Shown piece by piece: positions 50,626-60,407 of a DNA stretch of 64,000 nucleotides (within the stretch, counting starts at the first letter, position 1; each line of letters opens with the position of its first letter). The notes beneath the pieces are model-generated. The model did not search any database, was not told the origin of the DNA, and was given only the letters and a program-made list of their open reading frames with translations. Source of the DNA: Candidatus Eiseniibacteriota bacterium (GTDB lineage Bacteria; Eisenbacteria; RBG-16-71-46); NCBI GenBank assembly GCA_963717935.1, contig CAVQXP010000004.1:672001-736000 (forward strand), read 5' to 3'. The position numbers were made by a program, and so were the translations under genes.

Positions 50626-51850
50626 ATGGATACGCGACCCGGCAGCCTCCGCTTCGTGCGGCGTCTCGCGGCGCTCGCCCTGTTCTTCTCGTTCACCCTC
50701 GCTCCGACGGTCCGGGCCCAGACGGTAGTCCACGTCCCGGCCGCCCGCGAGGCGTCCCCCGTCGCGAGCCCTCCCGATGCGGACTCCGTCTCCACCTGGG
50801 CGTCCCAGGCGAAGGCGGGCTTCCGGTCCAACCCGGGTGACAGCGCGGGCGGCGAGAACTACCGGCCGTACGAGAAGGTCGGCCTCATCGGCCGGCGCCT
50901 GCTGCGCTCGCTCGGGCGCGGGAGCCTGCTGCAGGCGCATGCCATCAAGCCGGTGCTCGACTCGCTGGGGTTCGTCACCGAGGTGGCCACCGACCCGGCC
51001 TCACCCAACTTCGCGCTGCTCATGGTGCGCAACCCCGCCCGCCACACCGCCGAGGCAGTGGGGTTCCTCTACTGGTACAAGGGTGACGACCTGCGCATCC
51101 AGGGCGCGCTCTTCAAGGGCGGCTACCACCCGCGCATCCGCGTGTGGCGGACGGGCAAACCCGAGTACCCCTTCGAATGGGGCATCCTCGACGAGACGCA
51201 CGCCGGGATGCTGGGCCTCACCATGCTGAGGCTGAGCCCGGGTGGCACGGTCTGGGGCATCCAGCAGGACGAGGAGCGCTTTCCCCTGCTGGGCGAGCCG
51301 GGTGAGGGGGCCTGGCTGGACCTCAATCAGGACGGTTCTCCCGAGCTCGTGAGCTGGACGCGCGCCGCGACCGACTCGCTCTTCACCGAATGCCCGGGCT
51401 GTCCGAAGCTGCTCACCGAACGCACGTTCGTCGAGGGCGGGCAGGGCTTCGAGTTGCAGGACGAGCGCCTGCTCCCCACGCCCTACGCCACGCTGGTCTA
51501 CTTCGTGCGGCTGCTGATCGACGGCAGGCTTGCGGAGGCCGAGAAGTTGGTCCGCGACCCGGCCAAGGTGCGAGAGGCCGTGGCGCTGGGCTGGAACCAG
51601 CGCCACGGTCCGCAAGCCCTGGTTCGTGGAGCGCGGCGAGAGCGGCGAGACCTGGCCGCGCCGGCTGGCGCTGCGCTTCGAGGGCCCGAACGGCGTGAAG
51701 CGTTACGGCGTGATCTTCGCGATGCGCGAGGGCCACTGGATCATCGACAACTGGTTCGAGCCCCGGGAGATCAACCGGCGCTACCCATCCGCGACCATGC
51801 CGCCCGCCACGCCGGCGAAGCCGCCCGCCTCCCCCCCGAAGACGAGGTGA
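50626..51850 (+). CDS. secreted hypothetical protein A with CxxCP motif (apparent frameshift near 51600)
   Basis: Signal peptide ending VRA-Q; DLNQDGSPEL; FTECPGCP..PTPYAT; C-terminus continues in ORF 51530-51850. Confidence 0.68.
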
Positions 51851-51852
51851 CC

Positions 51853-52999
51853 ATGCCCGGGCTGCGCCCGTTCGTGCCCGTTCCGTCGCCCGCGACCGGT
51901 GCGTCCGCCCGGCGCCGCGCGCCGGCACTCCTTGCCCTGGTGTTCGTCGCGGCACTCGGAGCGACGCTTTCCGGCTGCAGCCGTCAGCCGCGCTTCGTGC
52001 CGGCCCCGGCGGACTCGTCGCTGGCCGTGGCGGGTGATTCGCTGGCCGAGCAGGTGCGCATCCTGAACAAGCGCTGGAGCGCCGCGGGCGGTGGCGAAGA
52101 GGCGTCGCGCCTGACCGCTCAGGTGCTGCTCCAGGACCTGAGCGCGCGCCTGACGGCCAAGCCACGGATCTCCTGGGAGGAGCGCGCCCGCGTGCTGCTC
52201 GACTCGCTGGACGTGGGCGCCGAGTTCGTGAGCGCGCGCTGCGCGCTGGGCGTCAACTTCTTCTCGCGCAGCAATCCCATCGCCGGCTCGTGGCCGTGGA
52301 TCTTCTGGTGCGACGGGACCGCGGTGCGGGCGCAGGCGGTCGAGGGCGTGGGGATGGGCCTGGTCGGCCTCGCCGCACGGGGCCTTTCCGGCGAGGTGGC
52401 CGACAGGGGCGACCCACCCGGGATCGCGGCGCTGTTCGCGCGCCGTGCCGGCGGCGGGCAGCAGCCGCTGCTCCTGACGTGGCGCGTCGCGAAGACGCGG
52501 CTCGATCTGGCGCAGACACTGGGGCCCGACTCGCTGGGTGGCGTCGGGACGGGCGCGTTCGAGACGCCGGGCGACACCGCGGCCGTGCTCCGGACCCGGA
52601 CCTGGCGGCCCACGCCGCGCTTCGACGAGTGTGCGACCTGTCCGCACGTCTACCGCGAACGTCGCTTCCGCTGGGGGCTCGAAGGCTTCGAGCGCGTCGA
52701 GGACGCCGTCGTCCCGACGCCCTACGTGACCTTCGTCCAGCTCGATCCAGGCGCTCACCACGGGTGACCGCGACACCGCCCTGGAGCTCGTGACGCGCCC
52801 GGCATTGGTGGAGTCCGCCCGCCGTGCGGACTGGGCCACCGTGACGGGCTCCTGGCGCGCCGCGCCCGGGAGCGAGGAGCGCGGCGACGAATTGGTCTTC
52901 TACCGCGGCGCGACCGAGGCCTGGAAGGTGCACTTCGAGCGTTACGGCGGCGGCTGGCGCGTGGACGCATTCGAGGCCACGACGCGCGTCATCGAATGA
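51853..52999 (+). CDS. hypothetical lipoprotein B, paralog of A (apparent frameshift near 52743)
   Basis: GAGG RBS; lipobox LSGC; FDECATCP..PTPYVT; C-terminus in ORF 52790-52999. Confidence 0.68.
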
Positions 53000-53034
53000 C
53001 CCGCCATCGCGCCCCGCGGTCCGCCGCGCGCTCG

Positions 53035-53064
53035 TAGACGCGGATCGCGTCCAGCGGCTATACT
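53035..53064 (+). promoter_or_regulatory. sigma70-type promoter of the helicase operon
   Basis: TAGACG-N18-TATACT. Confidence 0.45.
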
Positions 53065-53193
53065 GCGCCCGACCCGCAGGATGCACGCCCGCGCCCGGGC
53101 GTGGAGCCGTCCGTGCGGATCGCCGCGGCGTCCCCGAGCACGCCCACCGTCAGCGCCCGGACCGCACTGCGCGCGGCCCGCGAGGTCCGTCTC

Positions 53194-55652
53194 ATGCAAC
53201 CGCGTCCTGCCCGTTTCCTCGAGGGGCCGCCCTCAGGCGCCACCGGCGATTGGGCCGCGTGGGTCGAGGAGCTGACCCGAGTCCCCGAGAACCGCGGGGC
53301 GCTGGCGCACCTCGAGATCCTGCCGGCGCGTCCCGCGCGCTTCGGCGCGCTGTCGCGGCCGCTGCCCCCGCCGCTGGCCGAGGCGCTCTCCGCGCGCGGC
53401 ATCGAACGGCTCTACACGCACCAGGTGCAGGCCATCGAGGCGCTGCGCGGCGGGCTCGACACGGTGGTGGTGACCGGCACGGCGAGCGGCAAGAGCCTGT
53501 GCTACCACGTGCCGGTGATGGAGCGCCTGCTCGCGGAGCGGGGCGCGACCGCGCTCTACCTGTTCCCGACCAAGGCGCTCGCGCAGGACCAGTTCAAGAG
53601 CGTGGTGCGGTTCGCCTCGGGCCACCCGGACGTGCTGCAAGTCCGTCACCGCCGGGGTCTACGACGGCGACACGCAGCCGGCGACGCGCCGCCGGCTGCG
53701 CGACACGGCCAACCTCATCCTCTCGAACCCCGACATGCTGCACCAGGGCATCCTGCCCTACCACCCGAAGTGGGCACGCTTCCTGCGGAGCCTGCGCTAC
53801 GTGGTGGTGGACGAGATCCACGCCTACCGCGGCATCTTCGGTTCGCACGTGGCGAACGTCCTGCGGCGGCTCGAGCGCGTGGTGCGGCACGCGGGTGGCG
53901 AGTTCCGCGTGGTGATGTGCAGCGCGACCATCCGCAACCCGCGGAGCTGGCCGAGGCGCTGACCGGCCGCGCCATGACGGTGGTGGACGACGACGGCGCG
54001 CCGCGGGGCGAGAAGCATTTCGTCTTCTGGGACCCGCCCTACACCGACCTGACGCACGTCGAGCGGCGCTCCTCGAACGTCGAGGGTGCGGAATTGCTGC
54101 ACGAGCCTGCTCGAGCGCGGCGCGCAGGCGCTGGTCTTCACCAAGTCGCGCGTCTCGGCGGAGTTGGTCTACCGCTACGCCCGCGAGCGGCTCGAGCGGA
54201 TCAAGCCGGGACTGGGCGAGGCCATCCGGCCCTACCGCGGCGGCTACCTGCCGGAGGAGCGGCGCAGGATCGAGCAGGCGCTGTTCGCGGGCGAGTTGCG
54301 CGGCGTCGTCAGCACGAACGCGCTCGAGTTGGGCGTGGACATCGGCGGGCTCGACGCGGTGGTGATGATCGGCGCGCCACCGACGCTGGCGAGCCTCTGG
54401 CAGCAGGCGGGGCGCGCGGGGCGCCGCGCGGGCCGGGCTGCTGCCGAAGCACCCACCGGGGTCGCCGGGACCCGCCGAAGGTGGGTCCGGGTCCGGGTCC
54501 GGGGAGGGCGCGCCGGCGCTGGCGGTGCTGGTGGCCTACAACGAGACCGTGGACCAGTACCTGATGCGGCACCCGGAGTACTTCTTCGGCCGTTCGCCCG
54601 AGGCCGCGGTGGTGGACCCGCACAACCCGTACATCCTGGCGCAGCAACTCGCCTGCGCGGCGCTACGAACTGCCACTGACGCCGCGGGGACGAGGCGGTG
54701 TTCGGGCCGCAGACCGCGGGCGATCCTCGCGGCGCTCGAGGAGGCGGGGGAGACGCGCACGATCGATGGCCACACCTACTGGGCGAAGACGGACTTCCCG
54801 GCCGCGACCGTCAGCCTGCGCACCATCTCGGACAACACCTACACCATCATGGACGTGACCCGCGGGAACGCGGTGATCGGCACGGTGGACGCGATCAGCG
54901 CGCTGGAGCTGGTCTACCCCGAGGCGGTCTACCTGCACGAGGGCGAGACCTGGTTCGTGAAGCGGCTGGACCTCGAGCAGAAGACGGCGCTGGTCGAGCC
55001 GCGCGTGGTGGACTACTACACGCAGCCGGTGCTCGACACGAGCATCCGCGTGCGCGGCGAGCTGCAGGCGAAGACCTGGCGCGGGGAGCGCGCCGTGCTG
55101 GGCGAGCTGACCTACTCGTGGCAGACGGTGGCGATGAAGAAGGTCAAGTTCCACTCGCTCGACGCCATCGGCTACCATCCGCTCGACCTGCCGCGGCTCA
55201 CCCTCGAGACCACGGGCTTCTGGCTGGCGCCCGGCGAGGCCGCCTGGAACGCGGTCGCGCGCCGGGGCCTCAACCCGGTCGAGGGGCTGATGGGCGTGCG
55301 CAACCTGTTCATCACGCTGCTCGCGATGCTCAGCATGTGCGATCCGGCCGACCTGGGGGGCAAGATCGATTCGTCGAACCTCGGGCGCCCGGCGCTGTTC
55401 ATGTTCGACCGCTACCCCGGCAGGCTGGGTTTCTGCGAGCAGGGCTGGGCGCGTCTCGACGAACTGGCGCAGGCCGCGCTCGAGCACCTCGAGGCCTGCG
55501 AGTGCGAGGGCGGCTGCCCGGCCTGCGTCGGGCTGCCGACCCTATGGCCCGCGCAGCAGCAGGATCCGGATCTGCAGAAGGGCCGCGAGATCCCGGGCAA
55601 GGAGGCGGCGCGCACGCTGCTCCGTCACTGGCGAGGAGAAGAGGACCGATGA
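53194..55652 (+). CDS. mrfA: DEAD/DEAH-box helicase with DUF1998 Zn domain (MrfA/YprA/Hrq1-like; multiple apparent frameshifts)
   Basis: [82 protein letters not shown]-terminal [11 protein letters not shown]. Confidence 0.88.
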
Positions 55653-56413
55653 ACTCCCACGAATGGCCGGTCGCGTTCTTCGACGACGACTACCTGCGCA
55701 TCTACCGCGCCATGATCTCGCCCGAGATGACCGCGAGCGAAGTGGACTTCCTCGAGGCGGCGATGGCTCTGCCCGCAGGCGGCGAGGTGCTGGACGTGGC
55801 CTGCGGCTACGGGCGGCACGCCATCGGGCTGGCACGGCGCGGCTACCGGGTGACGGGCGTGGACTTCAACCCGCACTACCTCGCGGCGGCGGCAGGACGA
55901 CGCGACCGCCGTCGGGGCCACGGTGCGCTGGGTGGCGGCCGACATGCGTGCGCTGCCTTTCGAGCGCGCCTTCGACGGCGCCTACTCGTACTTCACCTCG
56001 TTCGGCTACTTCTCGGACGAGGAGAACGAACGAGTGCTGGCGGGGTGGCGCGCGCGCTCGGCCCGGCGGGCGGTTCCTGCTCGATGTGCTGAATCGCGAC
56101 TGGATCCTCACCCACCCGCAGCAGCGGGTCTGGAACCCGCTCGAGGACGGCTCGCTGCTGATGGAGGAGACCTCGCTGGAACTGCGGCGCTCGCTGGTGA
56201 TGAATCGCCAGATCCACGTCGCGCCGCAGAGCGGAGCGCAGATCACCAAGGAGTTCACGCTGCGCGCCTACACCTGCGCCGAGCTGGAATCGCTCTGCAC
56301 GCGCCACGGGCTCGTGGTGCGCGAGGTCTGGGGCGGGGCCGACCGCAGCGAGTACACGACCGAGAGCCGCCGGCTGATCCTGCTGGCCGAGCGCGGGCGA
56401 TCGCGATGGCTGA
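55649..56413 (+). CDS. class I SAM-dependent methyltransferase (apparent frameshifts; 3' end uncertain)
   Basis: ATGA overlap with the helicase; VLDVACGYGRHA, VTGVD, ADMRALPF, FTSFGYF, PGGRFLLDV. Confidence 0.8.
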
Positions 56414-56469
56414 TCCCGGGCCCGCTGCGTGCGCGGCTCGGCGAGCTGGCGCGCGCGCGGAAGGCACGC

Positions 56470-57432
56470 ATGGGCGTCGATCCAGCGCCGCAGACCGGAG
56501 ATCCTGCAGGGGCGGCGGGGCTTGCACGGACCGGAAGGCGGCCAGGTGCGGACACGCTCGCCTTCCGATCCGTGTCTGCGCCCCGCCGCGGAGATGATCT
56601 GGCGGGTGCCCCGTCCGTGTCCGGGTCCCGCGGAGTGCCACCGGGCTTCTCCGCGCCGGCCGTGGGCGTCGAGGAGTTCCTGCCCGGCGGCGAGTGGCGC
56701 GACAGCCCCGACTTCACCGGCCGGCAGGGCGCCGTCTACGTGCACGAGCGGCTGCGCTCCGGGATCGAGAAGCGGAAGCCCCACTGGGGCCGCATCGAAG
56801 CGCCGCCGCCGCACGAGCCGGCGCTGGTCGCGCTGGCGGCGCGCGGGCTCGAGCACGCGCTGTTCCTCGACCTCGAGACCTGCGGGCTCGCTTCGAGCAC
56901 GGTCTTCCTGGCCGGCACCATGCACTGGAACGGCGAGGACTTCGTGCTGCGGCAGTACTTCGCGCGCCACTACGGCGAGGAGGGGCCGCTCCTGCGGGCG
57001 CTCAACGAGTCCATGGCCGGCTTCGAGCACCTGGTGACCTTCAACGGCAGGACCTTCGACGTGCCCTTCCTGCGGGAGCGCGCCGTGGTGCACGGCGTGC
57101 GGCTCGCGCTTCCGCCGCACCACCTCGACCTGCTCCACGCCGCGCGTCGGCGCTGGCGGGGCGAGTTCGCCGACTGCCGCCTGAAGACCCTCGAGAGCCG
57201 GGTCTGCCGGCGCCATCGGGTGGGAGACGTGCCCGGCGAGGAGATCCCGGGTCTCTACCACGACTACGTGAAGCACGGCGACCCGTACCGGCTCGTGCCG
57301 GTGTTCCACCACAACCTGCTCGACGTCATCACCATGAGCGACATCCTGCGCGCCCTGTGTCGCCCGGCGCGTGTGGCGACTGCGCCCGGGTCCGGGTCCT
57401 GCGGGCCGAAGGGCGGGCGTGCCCGCCCTTAG
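56470..57432 (+). CDS. mrfB: RNase H-like DEDD exonuclease (YprB/MrfB-like; start uncertain)
   Basis: LFLDLETCGL, TFNGRTFDVPFL, HLDLLH, LKTLE, DVPGEEIP, HNLLDV. Confidence 0.82.
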   Translation: MGVDPAPQTGDPAGAAGLARTGRRPGADTLAFRSVSAPRRGDDLAGAPSVSGSRGVPPGFSAPAVGVEEFLPGGEWRDSPDFTGRQGAVYVHERLRSGIEKRKPHWGRIEAPPPHEPALVALAARGLEHALFLDLETCGLASSTVFLAGTMHWNGEDFVLRQYFARHYGEEGPLLRALNESMAGFEHLVTFNGRTFDVPFLRERAVVHGVRLALPPHHLDLLHAARRRWRGEFADCRLKTLESRVCRRHRVGDVPGEEIPGLYHDYVKHGDPYRLVPVFHHNLLDVITMSDILRALCRPARVATAPGSGSCGPKGGRARP

Positions 57433-57524
57433 CCGCCCGCCCGCCCCCTGCGCCCGTCCGTCCGCCTCGCTCGGCAAGGATCCACCGGGTCCGCCCCGCC
57501 TGCTTCGTGCCGGTCCCCAGGCCG

Positions 57525-57554
57525 TTGACACCCATCTTTTTGCCCTCCTATACT
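57525..57554 (+). promoter_or_regulatory. near-consensus sigma70 promoter of the cold-shock fusion gene
   Basis: TTGACA-N18-TATACT in an unusually T-rich patch. Confidence 0.7.
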
Positions 57555-57744
57555 CGTGCTGCAGTTCCTGAGTGGGCCGACCAGTCGAGCGTGGTTCGTC
57601 CGTGAATCTTCTGTCCCAGGTGAGTGCCCAGTCCTCGTTCCGGGTGGTTCGCCTCGCCCAGTCCATCGCCCTGGCGGGCGCTTGCCTGCCGGGGCATCCG
57701 TGTCTCTGTACCGTCCCGCTCCCTCGGAGGCTCCGCTCCGCGCC

Positions 57745-58386
57745 ATGACGAACGGCGAAGATCAGTCGATCAAGTGTGTGGATTGTGGCGAGCAATTCCT
57801 CTTCACGGCTGGCGAGCAGGCGTTCTACGCCGCCAAGGGACTGACGAACGCTCCCACGCGCTGCAAGGCGTGCCGCGAGGCGCGCAAACAGCAGCGTGCG
57901 GAAACGCCGCACGCGCCACGTGGCAGGGGCGGGCCCGCGGGGGGCGGGCCGCGCGAGATGCACACCGTGGTCTGCGCGGACTGCGGTGCCGAGACGCAGG
58001 TGCCCTTCCTGCCGGTCGCGAGCCGGCCGGTCTACTGCAAGAACTGCTACGAGTCGCACCGGCCCGGGCGTGCTGCGGGCGCGCGCCCGGCGCGCGGCCC
58101 GCACGCCGGGCCGCCGGCGGGCGCGCCGCACGGAGCCCGTGCGGGCCGTTCGTCCGCGCCGATCCCGGTGGAAGGTGGGGTGCACGCCCGTGGCCAGGTG
58201 AAGTCGTTCCACGAGGCCAAGGGGTTCGGCTTCATCCTCGATGAATCCGGCGAAGAGGTGTTCGTGCACTTCTCGGCTATCCTGGGCGAGGGTTTCCGAA
58301 GTCTCCGGGAGGGCGAGAAGGTCGAATTCGACGTGGTGATGGGTCCGAAGGGGAAACAGGCCGCCAACGTCGTGCGCATCGAATAG
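57745..58386 (+). CDS. zinc-ribbon (zf-trcl-like) + CxxC-x17-CxxC + cold-shock domain fusion protein
   Basis: [39 protein letters not shown]...[54 protein letters not shown]. Confidence 0.9.
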   Translation: MTNGEDQSIKCVDCGEQFLFTAGEQAFYAAKGLTNAPTRCKACREARKQQRAETPHAPRGRGGPAGGGPREMHTVVCADCGAETQVPFLPVASRPVYCKNCYESHRPGRAAGARPARGPHAGPPAGAPHGARAGRSSAPIPVEGGVHARGQVKSFHEAKGFGFILDESGEEVFVHFSAILGEGFRSLREGEKVEFDVVMGPKGKQAANVVRIE

Positions 58387-58404
58387 GCCCGGCAGGGCCG
58401 AAGG

Positions 58405-58439
58405 GGAAGGCCTCTGCGCCCGGGGCGCGGAGGCCTTCC
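58405..58439 (+). terminator. hairpin after the cold-shock fusion gene
   Basis: GGAAGGCCTCTGCGCC / GGCGCGGAGGCCTTCC inverted repeat. Confidence 0.55.
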
Positions 58440-58447
58440 GTCAAGAG

Positions 58448-60097
58448 GTGGGACGCGACCGCATGCTCGAGACCGTCAAGACCTTCACCGCGCTGAGCGA
58501 GGAGTTCGTGGAGGAGAGCCTGCGCCTGTGGCCGGTCGAGGCCACGGCGGCCGGCATCCACGACTACGACCACAGGCTGCCCGACGACACGGCGGAAGGC
58601 TTCCACGCGCGCGGCGCGTGGCTGCGCGACCTCGAGCAACGGCTCGCGGCCTCGGTGACCTGGGAGGAGTTGCCCACCGAACAGCGCGTGGACTACGCCC
58701 TGCTGCGCTCGCGCATCAGCGTGCTGCGCGCCGAATTCGAGGAGATCCGCGCCCACGCCCGCGATCCCGTTGCCTGCCTGCGCACGGCGCTCGACGGGGT
58801 GACGCTGCTGGTGACGCGTCCCTTCGCTCCGTTCGAAGAACGCAGGGAGGCGATCATCGGGCGCCTGATGGCGATCCCGGAGTACCTGGCCGCGGCGGGT
58901 GCGAGCCTCGGGCAGGTGCCCGGGGTCTGGGTGGAGCTGGCCCTGGAGGTCGCCGACGGGGGCCCGCCGTTCGTCAACGAAGTCGCGCACGCCCTGCTGC
59001 GTGCCTTTCCGACCGATGCCGAGCGCATCGAGCACGCGAGCGTGCGCGCCAGTGCGGGCTTCGCCGCCTTCCGGGAGACGCTCGAGCGCGACCTCGGCCC
59101 GCGTGCGGGCGGGGACTTCGCCCTGGGCGGGCGCTGGCTGGACTTCCGGCTCGAGCGCGAGCACCTGCTGCCGCTGAAGAACGAGGCGCTCGAGGAGCTC
59201 GGGCGCGAGCACGTGGCGCGTCTGCGGCGACTGCTGGAGAACGAGGCGCGGCGGCTCGACCCGCACCGTCCCTGGCGCGAGCAGATCGCGGAGATCCGCT
59301 GGCCGGAGGGGCCCCGCGCGCAGTGCGCGGCGCTCGGGGCCGAGCTCGAGCGAGCGCATCGTTTCGTCGTGGAGCGGCGGCTCGCGCCCCTGCCCGAGGT
59401 CCCGCTGGCGGTCGCGGAGGGGAGGACCTGGCAGCGCCCGCTCCACGCGGGGGTGGCCTACCTGCCGCCCGCGCCATTCGACCTCGATCCGGCGGGCATG
59501 TTGTTCGTGCCCGCGGGGGAAGGCGCGCGATGGTCCCCGACGCGGGCGGAACCGCCCGCGCGCACAGGGCCCGCGCTGGCCGCGGTGCGCCAGGGCTGGC
59601 CGGGGCTCCATCTGCAAGCGTCGCTCGCGATCCACTGCGGCTCGCGTCTGCGCCGGCTCGCGGCCAACCGCGTGTTCGCCGAAGGCTGGGCGCTCTACGC
59701 CGAGGAGTTGATGGCGGAGGAGGACTTCTGCACCTCGCCCGCCGACCGGCTCGGGCTCATCCTCGACCTGCTCGCGGGCGCCGGCTGCGCGGTCGCGGAC
59801 GCGGGCCTGCACGGCGGGCGCATGAGCCTCGTCGCCGCGGCCGGCTACCTCGCCGACGAGGCGCTGCTCGGGCGCGCCGAGGCGCTCGCCGAGGCGAAGC
59901 GACTGACCCTCGCGCCCGCGCAGGCCCTGGGCGGGCTCGTGGGCCGGCTGCAGATCCTCGAGCTGCGCGAAGAGGCGAAACGGCGCCTGGGCGCACGCTA
60001 CGATCGACTCGACTTCCATGCGGCCCTGCTCGCGGGGGGCACGCTGCCGCTCGCGCTGATCGGGGAGGAACTGTGGGAGCGGCTGGGGGTGGGCTGA
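58448..60097 (+). CDS. DUF885 family protein (metal motif degenerate)
   Basis: PVEATAAGIHDYDHRLPD, EGWALYAEELM, G.LQILELRE..FHAALL..G.LPL. Confidence 0.82.
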   Translation: MGRDRMLETVKTFTALSEEFVEESLRLWPVEATAAGIHDYDHRLPDDTAEGFHARGAWLRDLEQRLAASVTWEELPTEQRVDYALLRSRISVLRAEFEEIRAHARDPVACLRTALDGVTLLVTRPFAPFEERREAIIGRLMAIPEYLAAAGASLGQVPGVWVELALEVADGGPPFVNEVAHALLRAFPTDAERIEHASVRASAGFAAFRETLERDLGPRAGGDFALGGRWLDFRLEREHLLPLKNEALEELGREHVARLRRLLENEARRLDPHRPWREQIAEIRWPEGPRAQCAALGAELERAHRFVVERRLAPLPEVPLAVAEGRTWQRPLHAGVAYLPPAPFDLDPAGMLFVPAGEGARWSPTRAEPPARTGPALAAVRQGWPGLHLQASLAIHCGSRLRRLAANRVFAEGWALYAEELMAEEDFCTSPADRLGLILDLLAGAGCAVADAGLHGGRMSLVAAAGYLADEALLGRAEALAEAKRLTLAPAQALGGLVGRLQILELREEAKRRLGARYDRLDFHAALLAGGTLPLALIGEELWERLGVG

Positions 60098-60163
60098 CGC
60101 ACAACCGTCGAGGCGTCCGGCTGCGCCACCCCGCCCTCACACGCCTTCGGAACTCGTCCGCGG

Positions 60164-60337
60164 GCGGCGGGGCGCAGACACGGGGCTCGCAGCGGGGGTC
60201 CCGGCCCCGGCCGACGCAGGATGCGGCGGCCGGGGAATTGCCGGGGAGCGAGCACCGCCAGGGAAAGCCCGCGCAGCGCGCGGGCGCTGGCGGAGCGGAG
60301 CGTCCCCGCGAAGGGCCCCGCGTCTGCGCCCCGCCGC
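60164..60337. repeat. 174-nt multi-branch palindromic element (MITE/REP-like or structured RNA)
   Basis: 25-nt terminal inverted repeat (23/25 Watson-Crick pairs) enclosing two internal hairpins. Confidence 0.55.
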
Positions 60338-60359
60338 AGGTTCGATCGGGGGGGCATGA

Positions 60360-60393
60360 CGAAGGGGCGGAGCCGTCAGGCTCCGCCCCTTCG
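60360..60393. terminator. hairpin downstream of fadL
   Basis: Perfect 15-bp stem CGAAGGGGCGGAGCC-GTCA-GGCTCCGCCCCTTCG. Confidence 0.65.
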
Positions 60394-60407
60394 GACACCC
60401 GGGGCTG

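Noticed and set aside
52630..52647. CATCPH as a c-type heme-binding motif
   Set aside because: It is CxxCPH, not CxxCH, and the paralog has CPGCPK.
53194..57432. DISARM or restriction-modification defence system
   Set aside because: The methyltransferase lacks DNA-MTase catalytic motifs, and no DrmA/DrmC/SNF2 partners are present; the layout fits MrfAB better.
60347..60360. GGGGGGGCATGAC also found at about 197-209, as a possible att site or target duplication
   Set aside because: Short, mostly a G homopolymer, and no mobile-element genes support it; likely chance.
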